A stretch of 64,000 nt of DNA. Origin: Stegostoma tigrinum. Its lineage: Eukaryota. The stretch's first letter is position 1, and each line of letters starts with the position of its first letter. The notes under the pieces were generated by a model. The model had not been told where the DNA came from, did no database searches, and worked only from the letters and a program-made list of their open reading frames with translations. A program made the position numbers and the translations under genes. Positions 35,416 through 49,700 of this stretch are shown here, in pieces. Where the stretch lies: contig NC_081394.1 of assembly GCF_030684315.1 (NCBI RefSeq), positions 5,426,163 to 5,490,162 of the forward strand, written 5' to 3'.

Positions 35416-38400
35416 GTTAGAGGAAGCGCAGACTGTCCATTATCGGAGCCGTTGATGCAATGTCCCGCTGGGTTCCCTGTTCGCTGGGAAATGTGTTGTT
35501 CCCCTAATAAATTGCTCTGTCATCAAGAGGCGCCCCCACCGTCCAAATCGCAGCAAAATGTCCTGGTTCTTCAGAAAGTGGTGAAAAGCACAAAGCAGTT
35601 TCTGTTGTCTCGGCCTGAAATGTGTTTGTGCTCCTAAGATGCACCGCACCCACTGCGTTTATCCAGCTCGACACATGTGTCATCGCTCTTTCAGTTTCAT
35701 TTGCTTTGGCCAGGTCGGAAAGTTGTTTGCAAACAGTGACAATTCACAACCTGACCCACATTGTAGAGAGAGGGGTGGTGTCTGCGGATCACCCCACCCC
35801 TCCGCCGTTCCTTCCCACACCCCGGCTCTGGATTCACAGTTTCCCGGGAGCCCCCCTCTCGGATCGGTGTCTCACTCGAATCCCTTCAGGCCAAAAGCAG
35901 CTTTGACCCGGACTTTTCCGACAGAGGCTGCACCGAGATCTCTCACTCCCCCGCCGTCTCTGTGCGAATGGTAGAGTCCGGAAGCTAGCGCGCCCTCTGC
36001 TGTTCAGACCCATACTGTTCCCCTACAGTCTCACATGTGGGGCAGGGGAAAGGACCGCGAATGGACCCAACCGTGAGAACATCGCTGACAAACACCTGGC
36101 ACAAGCTGCTTTTAGTTGAGATTGCTGAATTTCTGAGCTTTAACCCTTCCACAGAAATGGAAGCAGTGAGTTACTAATCGGATCTTATTACTACTGCAAC
36201 TAAAAAAAACTAGAAAGCCTGATCTGGGAGAACTCCCCTTCCATTTTTACAACTGTGTTAAAAAAACCTAAAATCTTCCTAAATTACCAACTTAGGTCAG
36301 CTCCCTAGCCACTTCAATTCTTCTGCCTTGACAACCTATTTTTTTTAAAAAATCAGGACAAAGTTAACTTTTTAAAGTGACAACAGTCACACACCCCCTT
36401 TAAAACAATGAACCACCAAGATACAAAGATGGTTTATGTTAAAACCCTAAGTCTGACTCTGTTAGTTTGCTGTGATACATGTACATTCCATTGTTTCCAG
36501 TGATTGAATGCAACCATTCCTCCTTCATTCTATTTCAGTCCGTTGACTCCTGCCACCAAACTTCTCCATCTTTCTTGATCCAAATCACAACAATGTGTCG
36601 GCATTAACGGTTTCTCATCCTGTCACATGTATAATTTTCAAATTGAATGGCTGCGATAATAGCGCCATCTCAACAGTCTGGAATTTCTGTCCTTAAATCA
36701 CTCCAAAATCTTTAATGGGTTATGATCAAGATATACAATTGTGTCAGACACATTACAGGCAATATAAATGTTGTTACACCAAATTCAAGGGCTCCTTCTC
36801 AATCGTGGAATATTTCTGTTGCTGATTATTCAGTTTCCGGGAGAAATACCCGAGAGGTCTTTCAATCTTCTCATTGTCTTGTTATAAGAGTAGAGCACCG
36901 ACACTCACTTCAATAACCACGTTGAATGGCTTTGTGTAATGAGTTGTGGCTAACCCTGGGGTGGTGTTTAACACAGCTTTCAGCCTGTCGAGTACCTCCT
37001 GACAGTCTGCCGCACACTGCACTTCTTCAATAAGACAGTCAGCGGAGCAACCACACTGTTAAAATTCAGTACGAATTTCCAATAAAACCCACTCTTCAGC
37101 AATGGGAAACCCGCCAATAAACTTTGTTTTCACAATGCATGGGGCCAACTGTCCATGTCCAGTAACAGTACCCAAAAATGTGAATTGGGCTTTGGTGAAT
37201 CCACTCTCAGCCAGGTTTATCACCAAGCCTGGCTCCTGAAATTGATCAAATAATTCAGATAAATGCTGCAAATATTCCTTCCGTGTTTGATGAAAAACCA
37301 CCAGGTTGACATTGTACACCAGGCAAATGGGTAATCTGGAAATGTCTTAACTGTTTAGTCTCGGAAATGTCGCTAGCACTTTTTTCAGACCAAATGGCCT
37401 GACTTTAAATTGATATAGTTCATTCAGTGGCATGAAATCCAAACTTGTTTTTGTTGTTTTGTATAGAAGTACCAGACACTATCCTCTGAGTAAGTCCAAC
37501 TTACAAATAAGGGTTGCTCATCCCACTTTCTCAATGCAGTCTTCCAAATGCAGAACAGGTCATGAATCAGACTTTGTAACTGCATAGACATTGCAATAGT
37601 CCACACATAATTGCTGGGGACCATTGGGTTTTGGCATCATGACTATGGGTGAGCTCCAGTCTCTGTAACTCACTTTGATTGATTGTGTTGTCTTTGAGTG
37701 TGCTTTCAATCTCTTCTCGAACCTGTATCACCCTTACAGCGCTAAGTCTATTAGGATGTTGCTGAATTGGACATCATGCAGAGCTGGATTCGCCCTTCCC
37801 AGTTTATTTCCACATATCTCCCTATGTGATTGTAACATCTCTTTCAGGTCATTTTGATTTTCTTCTGGAAAGTAACTCAATAATTTATACCAGTTTTGAG
37901 AACTTGGTCACAATGTCCATGGAACATTCTGGAAGTTACCTTTTCACAGATCAGCACATGGTGTGACTGATGATCCACACAGTGAAAGGTGGTTCTGCAT
38001 GTTCCTGAGACTGTGGCTGGCAAAAGTAGGGAAAGGAGATGAAACAGATTGTCAGGCAACTCAGTTTCTCCAGAAGGCCTCATTCTGAATGCTTAGCTGA
38101 ACTCTAAGAGTCACCAGTTGATGAGCTCAGCCAGGGTTTATTATGTTGGACTAAAGTATGTTTTCATTGATTTTGATGTGTTGTTTCAGCATCTATAGGC
38201 TCAATTGGACAAGGTTAAGAGGGTGTGAAATGAGGGAAAGCTTCTGACAATAAAGTGGCTCTGCTGTCGAATTGACAATGTCAGAGTTGTAAGAATAGCA
38301 GTTCTTTATCAAAGCAGATTTCTAATTCTTTGCAATCATCATTTAAAGCTTGGCATCATTATTATCCGGTGAACTGGTTCAGTACAGAGTGTGGACTGAG

Positions 38401-40393
38401 CGAGCAGGATGGAGAAGGCGTGGGATAATAGCTTTCAAACTTAAGGTTTCTAATGCAGCTTAAAGTTCACAGCATCCGTCAAATATCAATCATCAACTCC
38501 ACTAAAAATTCCATGGGGTTGAAGATGACTGTCCCCCCCCAGCGGAGATGGCGAGGTGGTGAGTGCAGGGTGCAGGATTAAAAATTGCTGGGATTGGAAT
38601 CAAGGATTCCGATCTGCCCAGCCAGTTTTTAACAGCCTCCAGAATGGGTCTGACTTTGTGAAAACCGCGGCGTAACTGTATGGGATTGTGTTGGTGGTCC
38701 AGACTTGGACGTTGGTAAGTCATTGCTGATCTCAGCCTCTCCAATGGCAATCACCAAACAGCTACTGCAATGAGCTAATTCAGAGACAGGGTTAGAGCAA
38801 CTCAGCTGCAGCCACCCCCCAGCCCAGGGGCTCATTCTCCATTCGCTGTGTCTGCATGATCGGGTGACAGCACCTCCATTTCACTTGGTTCAAGCAGATC
38901 ATTCGAAGGGTCTTGATGACAGCTTTTGTTTTCATTCCTAGGAGAGAGAAACCAGCAGAGTTCAGGTGAAAACAATCCAACTGTTTGGACAGGGGAGTAA
39001 AGCAGCTGCTCAGAAGCACACACCCATGAAATGGCACTCAACAGCGTGGGACGAATGGCAGCTCGAAAATGCGTATCAGGAGCTGCACGCTGATGGAGCC
39101 CTCAGAGAGTCGAGGAGAGGAGGCTTGTAGGAGGCGATGGGCTGGACACTCCACAGGAGCTGTGCTGACCGACGGAGGGAGGGCCACAGGAGACAGGGAG
39201 AGAACCCTGCAACAGTTCCTCATCCCACTGTGAGTGGAAAGATGGTGAGCACAGCCATGTGGATATTGAGTGGAACAAGGAAAGCCAGGATGGGATTCCT
39301 AATGACAGAATCCTCCAATTCCCAACTTCGAGGGAAGGTTTGAAAAGGCTGAGGCGAGTTATATAGCAGCTGTAACGTGGGATACAGGAATGACCAAAAA
39401 CAATCTGACACTGAGACACACACAAGCAATGAGACATTCCTTGAAAATCAGCTTCAATGAGCACTGCGTGGGTGTGGCTTAGGGTGCATTGATCCCAGCA
39501 TTCACTCGAGTGAAACTTTCTTACATTCCCTTAAAAACAAATACATCACACATTTCCTAAAGAGACAAGACTGTGCACAGGCCTCCAGTTTGCTTCTGAT
39601 ACATATCCTTATAGAACCTGCAGCAAGATCTCCTTCCTCTGACCCACCTGCAAGGAAGGTGACTATCCCATTCCCCTTCCTCATTCCTTACATGGTAACT
39701 TAGCGATTTGTCTACAATTTCCTCTGAATGACACATTCACTGGCCTTTCACCTTGTAAAAATAGCCTTTTCCATTCACTCTTCACTTTTTTTTACACAAG
39801 CCACGACAGTTATGGTCCAGTCAATTATCCAGCCTACCCCTGTTTGCAGCCTCTGTATCCTCCTCGCAGCTTACTTTCCCACTGAGCTTTGTATCATCAG
39901 CAAACTGGGACAATTATTCTCTATCCCCTCATCCCAGTCGCTGATATAGATTGTGAGTCACTGAAGTCCCAGCACTGATCCTTACAGCACCAGTTACATC
40001 CTGACAGCTGAAAATGACCGATTTGTTCCTGCTCTGTTCCTGTGCATTAACCAATCCTCAGTCCATTCTGTATAGCCACCTCATTCTATGAGCCCTCATC
40101 TTGTGCGACAACTTATTGTGAGTCACCTACTTAAATACCTCCTGAAATTCCTGATATATGCCCCATCCTCTGGTTTTCCAGTGGGATACCTCTTGCTCCG
40201 TTCCAATCCATGAGGACTATTCAGCAACAAGAGGATGACAAGCAGGAAGTGACTGGGTGATGCTGCTCAGGCTGGATTGAAGCATCCTCACAGCTCAGGG
40301 AATGGACAGGGGCAGAGCGCAACAACATTTCATGCAGTTTCATACAAAGAAAAAAGGGTAACCATGGAAATTGTGAAACATTCCAGAACTCAC

Positions 40394-43300
40394 CACCTTT
40401 TTCGCTTCCGAATGTTATAAACCACAAGTACAACAACAACAAAAACAGCAACAATCCCGATTCCCAATCCAACTCTTGCTCCAGTGGAGATTCCAGGACC
40501 TACAGACAGAATGAAGACATGAGCAAACTGGGACACATGAACAAAACTAACAGCAGAGACCCTCAGCACCTAGTGTTTCAGAATGAGCCCCACTACAAAC
40601 AGATCCCTGGGCGATTCTAGTCCTGGAGGGATGTGGGAGGCTAGATCACATAGATGAGAATATAGCTGCAGATAAACAGATATAAACCAATCGCATTGAA
40701 CACAATCATAATTATAATCCTCTGATACACACCTCCTTTACGCACAGACATACGCACAAACAAACAGAGAAAATAGATTACTCGCGTGAGTGGAGAAAGC
40801 CGGAAAGTCAGTTCAGGCATCTTTCGTAATTAGTTTCCTGCAAGTTGCAACTGAACTTTTTACAAGCTCAGAGAATGGGCAGCTTCTGCGGCGAACAACG
40901 GCACAATCTTTTGTCTCATTCGTTCTGTGTCTCTGGGAATTGTTTTCCACCACTCTCCGAATTCAAAAGGGATGGAAAGTGGGAGAGTGAAAAGAAGGCA
41001 AGAGATAAGGAAAGGATAACTGGGAACGCTTCACGGTGTCCTCCTCAGATCAAAAGGGAAAGTACCGAGGGTGGAAGTGAAAGTCAGAAGCCAATGGTGT
41101 TTCCACGGTACCAAGGTGGGACACTTGCATTCAGAATGCTGGAGGTTCAACTGGAAACAGATAGGACGGATTGGAGTTTGTAAGAATGAGTCTGAAAAAG
41201 AAAGAAATCAGGTTGTAGCTCGAATTAAAATTAGAGGTAGACTCTGCCGTGAATGTCACAAAAATTCATAGCATAGATGAGAAATACGAAGGATTTTTGT
41301 GTACGGGCCATTTTCTTCAAAGGAAGAATCCAAGTTGATAACTATTCTCAGAGATACAAGGGCTACTCAAACTCTCTTGAGGGAGTAGGATTTAATTTTC
41401 CATTCAGAGATTTTAATGAAAGCCACCGTGTTGGGAAATGGAATAGATGGACAGGATATTCCAGTTTGCTTTCTCCAAAGTCCAACTGAAGCATAGCTTG
41501 GGTTGACTGCGCTCATGGTAGTCAGGACAGTTAAGAAATGACCTGTAGATGGAATTCTTTTACTTCTGGGGAATGATCTGACAGATGCAAAAGTTTCAAC
41601 TTTGCTAATTATCACAGAAAGTCCAGCTGAAGCTTAAATGACAGAACAGTTAGAGGAACAGGTCCCAATATTCTTCCATCCTGTAGCATGACCAGATCAA
41701 TTGATAAAGAAAGTCCAGCCCAGAGGTCACAGTAATACTGCAAACAGATTCTAGGGTCACTGAAGCTCCATTTAAGAATAAAGATAATTCAAAGGAAGCG
41801 TTTGGCATGTCTTCATTAACTGAGAATCAGGAAGCAGAGCCAAATTCGAGAGCGATAGCACAGACAGCTCAGGCTGAGGCTCCGTCTGCTGGAGTTCCAG
41901 ACTGTCATTATATTTTTAAAAAAGTTCTGATGAGGAAGTGGAGACATCCTCATTAACCAGTGAATGACAAATAGATGATTGTTCATCAAAACTGGTACTG
42001 TCCAGATATTGTGAAGAAACTTTGTGAATCGCATGTGAAAGTCCAATAGCAGGAGATATGAGAATATTGAAAACACAGTCGTCAATAAACAGGTATTTTA
42101 TATGGGTCAGGGCTTCATAAAGACATAGTGCAGTTCTGTAAAACATAGACATGTCAGGAAGTAAGAATATTTCAGCATGTAATCACGATACCCACACGAG
42201 ATTCTGAAGAACCTTTTAGTTGAGGGTTTGTGGGTTGTGAAGGATCATTTTCATATTTCTGGGAAAGATAATATAATTGCAGATAAATTATCCCAAATGT
42301 AAAATGTTAAAATAAGTTCAACATTCAGGAAATTCTAAGATTGTGTAAGATTCACAAAATGAGAGGATCAATGAAAGTATGTAAATCTTGCTTTGATGCA
42401 GTGTAAAGAGGGAGGACGTGTGGCACAGCGGCTGCGTCCTTGTTTGGGGTCACTACCTCCAGGTTTAAGGACTTCACCATGAGAGAACGTGTGCCTTAGC
42501 TGGCCAAACAGGTTGATTATCAACCTGTAAACCCCTTCTTCAGACCTAGTGTCCTGATCAAGAAAAAAACATGTGGCAGCTGCTGTGAAAAAGTTAAGAT
42601 TCCCCACATTGATGCTTCCCACACAGGGTCTCAGTGCGAGCATCATCCTCCCTCTGAGGAACAGGCAGCTCGCAGAAACAACTTTATCCAGCAGGTGAGG
42701 GATAATAGGAACTGCAGATGTTGGAGAATCTGAGATAACAAGGTGTGGAGCTGGATGAACGCAGCAGGCCAAGCAGCATCGGAGGAGCAGAAAAGCTGAC
42801 ATTTTGGATCTAGACGCTTCATTGTTTTCTCGAACTGGAAACAGCATACTCATGGAACCAAGTAAATCTCAATAAGATGAGAAAATTCCCTTTCTCCCTG
42901 GGACTGGGGTTGGGGGAGCGGAAGGGCAGCTTACACCTGGATCACTGTTACTCTCCACTGACTTCACTTTCCATCAGTTTCCCAACAGCAGGGTTGCATT
43001 CAAAGTGTACTGAGACTCTCCACACAGAATTCCAGAAACACTAATGTCAGTGGGAAGCAGGGATCCTCAGAGTCCTGTACCTGAGTGCCATGATGGGATT
43101 TGAATTCTCATTCTCTGGATTATTAGACCAGGTCTCTGGACTGTTGTCTAGTAACATGACCAACACTGGACACCCCCAAAGAAATGTCTTCAGGCCCCTA
43201 CTGTATTGCATGTACAGCTATGACTGTGTTGCCAAATTTTGAATGAACACCATCTGCAAGTTCACTGCTGACTTCAGCATGGTGGGATGGCTATCTAACA

Positions 43301-46300
43301 ACAGAATGGAGTTGGAGGGCTTGGTCATGTGCTGCAATGAAATCAGTCTGTCTCCCAACCTCTGCAAAACTAAAGAATTGATCATTGACTTCAGGAAGAA
43401 TGGAGGAGAACATGCTTCCATCTATTTCGATGGAACTGAGGTGGAGAGGATGAAGAGCATGATGTTCCTTGAAATGACAATAACGGACAACCTGTCCTGG
43501 ACTTGCCACGTAGACGTGACAGTCAAGGAGACACAGCAATGCCACTTCTCGCTCAGGCGGCTCAGGAAATTGGCATATTGACAAGGTCCCTCACCAACCT
43601 CCATAGATGCACCATTGAAAGTGCACTGTCCGGGTGTATAACGGCCTGGTACGGTAACTCTTCTGCCCAGGACTGTGAGAAACTACAGAAGGCTGTGTGC
43701 ACAGCCCAGACCATCACAGAAGCCGACCTGCCATCCGCGGACTCTACTCACACAGCTCACTGCCACAGAAAGGCAGCCAACATCATCAAAGACTCATCAC
43801 ACCCTGGTAATGACCTTCCATAACCTCTTCCATCAGGCAGAAGATACAGAAGCCTGAAAGCATGTACGAACATGTTCAGGAGCAGCTTCACTCTGGCTGT
43901 TATCAGACTGTTGAATGTCTTCTCACCTCAGCCAATGGAACCTGCAATGTAACCTGCATGCCTCTATTTGCTCTGTACATCCCTTGCATGCTGTGATCTG
44001 CCTGTACTACATGTAAACAAAGCTTTTCACTGATTTATTGTCACATGTACCAAAATACAATCAATCTGATGGACAGGAAGGGGTCTCTCAAAAACTTAAT
44101 AACAAATTCCAAGGGCCAGTTCCAGGTAACAGTGACCCACATCACTCACTTTAGCAGACTCATTCTTTCATACAATACCACACAGCATTGCAAACCACCA
44201 ATGTCGCTCCCTGTTTATCCCGCATGATCAAATGTAAGATATGAAAACACAGCAATATTTTACACACAGATTTACCTGGTACAGTTGTGTTTGGTCCAGC
44301 TGTAGGAGCTCGCTCTAAAGAAAACAACATGCGTTTAGTACAGTGTGTGAAACAAACTGCAGAAATGTTCAGAGATTCTATCGGGCTTTAGGGAAACACA
44401 TCCAAGGAGGAATGAGGATTGGGTCAAACTGATCAGGAGGGATCAAGGACAGAATGGGAGTGAAAATTCCAACAAGATTGTGTTATCTGTAGAATGGAAG
44501 TTTTCCAGAGTTTCCCTGAGCAGGATCATTCCCAGCAGCTTTCATCCCCCTGTGGGGACAATTCTCACAGGATCCTGGACCAAAAGGGAGACACTTTCAA
44601 GCTCAGTCTTCAGAGCCTTGTAAAGGCTGCATCGGGGGTTCTGTGGGTCCCACGTCCTGCACCCCAACCTCTGGAAACAGAAACGCCATGTTTCTGGGAA
44701 GGAAGTGTAGGTTATGGCACATACAGTTATATGACATATTGGTCTGTCTTTAGTTTGGCCTGAATTAGACTTGGAGTCTGTTCAGTTATGTTCTGTTTTG
44801 TTTTCTCTCTCGTGGTTTAAAACTGATTGAAGCTCTGAATAAATCAGAGCATGGTTAATGTCAGACTGGAGTCACACAGACCAAGTAAGGGCACCAGGGT
44901 TTTATACCAAAACATTGAAACGCAGAACAGAGGAGCAGGAGTAGGCCATTCAGCCCTTCAAGCCTGTTCCACCACTCAATATGATCATCACTGATCTTCC
45001 AGTTCAGGGATGGTCTCACTAAGACCTTGTACAATTGTAGCAAGGCATCTCCACTCCTGTACGCAATTCCTGTCACTATGAAGGCCAACGTACCATTTGT
45101 CTTCTTCACCACCTGCTATGCTTACCTTCAGCAACTGGTGTACAGGGACACCCAGGTCTTGTTGCGCCTGCCCCTTTCCCAATCTATCACTGTTCAGATA
45201 ATTATCTGCCCCCCTGCTTTTGGTTCCAAAGTGAATGACCTCACATTTATCCAAATTATCTGCATCTGCCAAGCATTTTCCCACTCACTCAACTTATCCA
45301 AATCACACTGAAGCATCTCTGCATCCTCCTCACAGTTCATCTTCCCACCCAGCTTTGTGTTGTCGGCAACCTTTGAGACATTAACTTAAAACCCTCATCT
45401 AAATCATTCATATATTGTGTGAATACATGGGATTCAAGCACTGAAGCCATTTGGTACCCCACAGATGCCAAGCTAACCGGTCTATATTTCCCTGTTTTCT
45501 CTCTCCCTGCTCTTTTTAAAAATTGTATGGTTACATTAGCTACCCTCTAATCCATAGGAGCTCTTTCAGAGTCTATAGAATCTTGGACAATAATCAGTAA
45601 TCCAGCAACATACGCTGGGAGTGTTCTTACCTAAAGGGTCATCAGTGATTAGTTTCACAACAATTCAACATCTTCACTGTCACTTTTCTTCTTTCTCTTT
45701 CCAGATTTTTATTTAATACCCTGAATTTAAACCCTGGAAGTCCCATGGTGGGATGTGAATTTTTATTCTCTGGATTATTAGTCCAAGTCTTCACATTTCT
45801 CATAACCCCTACACTGCTATCCCCGTAGCATCAGAGATTAAATACACAATACCTAAAACAGAAACCTCTCACCTTTTACAGAGAGATGAACAATTTCAGT
45901 TTGCGCCCAATATACACCTACAGTCGTGCAGAAAATCTGACAGTGATACTCATCCTGGTCTGTCTCCCTGAGGTCAGAGATCAGAACTGACCAGTTGCCT
46001 TTTTCCAGCTGATCTTTGAACAGGTTTGTTCTGTTTATGAACTGTGTATCTTGTTCTCTCAAATTATCGTTTCCATAGACAAACTTGTGTACAATTTCCG
46101 TCTTGCGTCTCCCCCAGATGACCAGTAAATCAGAGACTGGGATTTTCCCTTTGTAGATACAGGGCAGTACAACCTGCTCTCCAAGGAACCCAGAAACTGA
46201 GACAGGCGAGTCACCTGCAAAAGAGTGAAAGTGTTTATCCACAGATATAACCTCCCTGCTGGTACATTACATCCCAAGCTTCACATGGATACATTGAGAT

Positions 46301-46743
46301 GCTGAAATTACAACAACCGCAGCTTCATTTCATTTCTGTGGAAAGGTCAAAGTTCAGGATGGCTCTATTTATCATTAACGGTTCCCTGCGATACATTAAT
46401 CGGAGTTTAAAAGAGTTTAGAAACGTATAAAATTTTGGCAGGACCAGATAGGATCACAGCACTGACCTGAAACAGCAGAAACAGCACTCAGCAGGAGCAG
46501 CAGGGGGAGCGGTTTCTGTGAGCAATGTCCCTGCAACAAGAAAACACTGTGAGCCCCTTTCCCGACACATTCACTGCTCGGAAAGCTTTCCCCCGCATTT
46601 ACCTCCCTCCATGTCCGCGGGTGGCAGGCACTGACAGTAAATACCTGCATCTCCTTTCCCGGGACCCGGACTGGGATCAGGATCAGGGCCAGACACCGAC
46701 AGGAGACCGAGAAGCTGCTGAGAAACACTTTGTAAAACTCCAT
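40394..46743 (-). CDS. Gene B: single IgV-domain B7/butyrophilin-like protein, apparently intact
   Basis: Exons 46743-46645, 46530-46467, V 46214-45873, stalk 44314-44276, TM 40499-40394 (...YNIRKRKR), alternative terminal exon 43080-43067. Offset 11328 from gene A. Confidence 0.75.
45873..46214 (-). CDS. Ig V-set exon of gene B
   Basis: 342-nt phase 1-1 exon with canonical AG/GT, open frame, and conserved Cys, Trp and DxxxYxC. Confidence 0.9.
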
Positions 46744-49700
46744 GTTAGAGGAAGCGCAGACTGTCCATTATCGGAGCCGTTGATGCAATGTCCCGCTGGG
46801 TTCCCTGTTCGCTGGGAAATGTGTTGTTCCCCGAATAAATTGCTCTGTCATCAAGAGGCGCCCCCACCGTCCAAATCGCAGCAAAATGTCCTGGTTCTTC
46901 AGAAAGTGGTGAAAAGCACAAAGCAGTTTCTGTTGTCTCGGCCTGAAATGTGTTTGTGCTCCTAAGATGCACCGCACCCACTGCGTTTATCCAGCTCGAC
47001 ACATGTGTCATCGCTCTTTCAGTTTCATTTGCTTTGGCCAGGTCGGAAAGTTGTTTGCAAACAGTGACAATTCACAACCTGACCCACATTGTAGAGAGAG
47101 GGGTGGTGTCTGCGGATCACCCCACCCCTCCGCCGTTCCTTCCCACACCCCGGCTCTGGATTCACAGTTTCCCGGGAGCCCCCCTCTCGGATCGGTGTCT
47201 CACTCGAATCCCTTCAGGCCAAAAGCAGCTTTGACCCGGACTTTTCCGACAGGGCTGCACCGAGATCTCTCACTCCCCCGCCGTCTCTGTGCGAATGGTA
47301 GAGTCCGGAAGCTAGCGCGCCCTCTGCTGTTCAGACCCATACTGTTCCCCTACAGTCTCACATGTGGGGCAGGGGAAAGGACCGCGAATGGACCCAACCG
47401 TGAGAACATCGCTGACAAACACCTGGCACAAGCTGCTTTTAGTTGAGATTCCTGAATTTCTGAGCTTTAACCCTTCCACAGAAATGGAAGCAGTGAGTTA
47501 CTAATCGGATCTTATTACTACTGCAACTAAAAAAAACTAGAAAGCCGTCTGGGAGAACTCCCCTTCCATTGTTACAACTGTGTTAAAAAAACCTAAAATC
47601 TTCCTAAATTACCAACTTAGGTCAGCTCCCTAGCCACTTCAATTCTTCTGCCTTGACAACCTATTTTTTTAAAAAATCAGGACAAAGTTAACTTTTTAAA
47701 GTGACAACAGTCACACACCCCCTTTAAAACAATGAACCACCAAGATACAAAGATGGTTTATGTTAAAACCCTAAGTCTGACTCTGTTAGTTTGCTGTGAT
47801 ACATGTACATTCCATTGTTTCCAGTGATTGAATGCAACCATTCCTCCTTCATTCTATTTCAGTCCGTTGACTCCTGCCACCAAACTTCTCCATCTTTCTT
47901 GATCCAAATCACAACAATGTGTCGGCATTAACGGTTTCTCATCCTGTCACATGTATAATTTTCAAATTGAATGGCTGCGATAATAGCGCCATCTCAACAG
48001 TCTGGAATTTCTGTCCTTAAATCACTCCAAAATCTTTAATGGGTTATGATCAAGATATACAATTGTGTCAGACACATTACAGGCAATATAAATGTTGTTA
48101 CACCAAATTCAAGGGCTCCTTCTCAATCGTGGAATATTTCTGTTGCTGATTATTCAGTTTCCGGGAGAAATACCCGAGAGGTCTTTCAATCTTCTCATTG
48201 TCTTGTTATAAGAGTAGAGCACCGACACTCACTTCAATAACCACGTTGAATGGCTTTGTGTAATGAGTTGTGGCTAACCCTGGGGTGGTGTTTAACACAG
48301 CTTTCAGCCTGTCGAGTACCTCCTGACAGTCTGCCGCACACTGCACTTCTTCAATAAGACAGTCAGCGGAGCAACCACACTGTTAAAATTCAGTACGAAT
48401 TTCCAATAAAACCCACTCTTCAGCAATGGGAAACCCGCCAATAAACTTTGTTTTCACAATGCATGGGGCCAACTGTCCATGTCCAGTAACAGTACCCAAA
48501 AATGTGAATTGGGCTTTGGTGAATCCACTCTCAGCCAGGTTTATCACCAAGCCTGGCTCCTGAAATTGATCAAATAATTCAGATAAATGCTGCAAATATT
48601 CCTTCCGTGTTTGATGAAAAACCACCAGGTTGACATTGTACACCAGGCAAATGGGTAATCTGGAAATGTCTTAACTGTTTAGTCTCGGAAATGTCGCTAG
48701 CACTTTTTTCAGACCAAATGGCCTGACTTTAAATTGATATAGTTCATTCAGTGGCATGAAATCCAAACTTGTTTTTGTTGTTTTGTATAGAAGTACCAGA
48801 CACTATCCTCTGAGTAAGTCCAACTTACAAATAAGGGTTGCTCATCCCACTTTCTCAATGCAGTCTTCCAAATGCAGAACAGGTCATGAATCAGACTTTG
48901 TAACTGCATAGACATTGCAATAGTCCACACATAATTGCTGGGGACCATTGGGTTTTGGCATCATGACTATGGGTGAGCTCCAGTCTCTGTAACTCACTTT
49001 GATTGATTGTGTTGTCTTTGAGTGTGCTTTCAATCTCTTCTCGAACCTGTATCACCCTTACAGCGCTAAGTCTATTAGGATGTTGCTGAATTGGACATCA
49101 TGCAGAGCTGGATTCGCCCTTCCCAGTTTATTTCCACATATCTCCCTATGTGATTGTAACATCTCTTTCAGGTCATTTTGATTTTCTTCTGGAAAGTAAC
49201 TCAATAATTTATACCAGTTTTGAGAACTTGGTCACAATGTCCATGGAACATTCTGGAAGTTACCTTTTCACAGATCAGCACATGGTGTGACTGATGATCC
49301 ACACAGTGAAAGGTGGTTCTGCATGTTCCTGAGACTGTGGCTGGCAAAAGTAGGGAAAGGAGATGAAACAGATTGTCAGGCAACTCAGTTTCTCCAGAAG
49401 GCCTCATTCTGAATGCTTAGCTGAACTCTAAGAGTCACCAGTTGATGAGCTCAGCCAGGGTTTATTATGTTGGACTAAAGTATGTTTTCATTGATTTTGA
49501 TGTGTTGTTTCAGCATCTATAGGCTCAATTGGACAAGGTTAAGAGGGTGTGAAATGAGGGAAAGCTTCTGACAATAAAGTGGCTCTGCTGTCGAATTGAC
49601 AATGTCAGAGTTGTAAGAATAGCAGTTCTTTATCAAAGCAGATTTCTAATTCTTTGCAATCATCATTTAAAGCTTGGCATCATTATTATCCGGTGAACTG

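Larger units (their letters stand above)
24847..36181. repeat. Tandem segmental duplication unit A (~11.33 kb)
   Basis: The sequence and the ORF track recur at offsets 11324-11338. Units start at atcttattactactgcaac. Confidence 0.95.
36182..47508. repeat. Tandem unit B
   Basis: Near-identical to unit A; junction ...ctaatcgg|atcttattac. Confidence 0.95.
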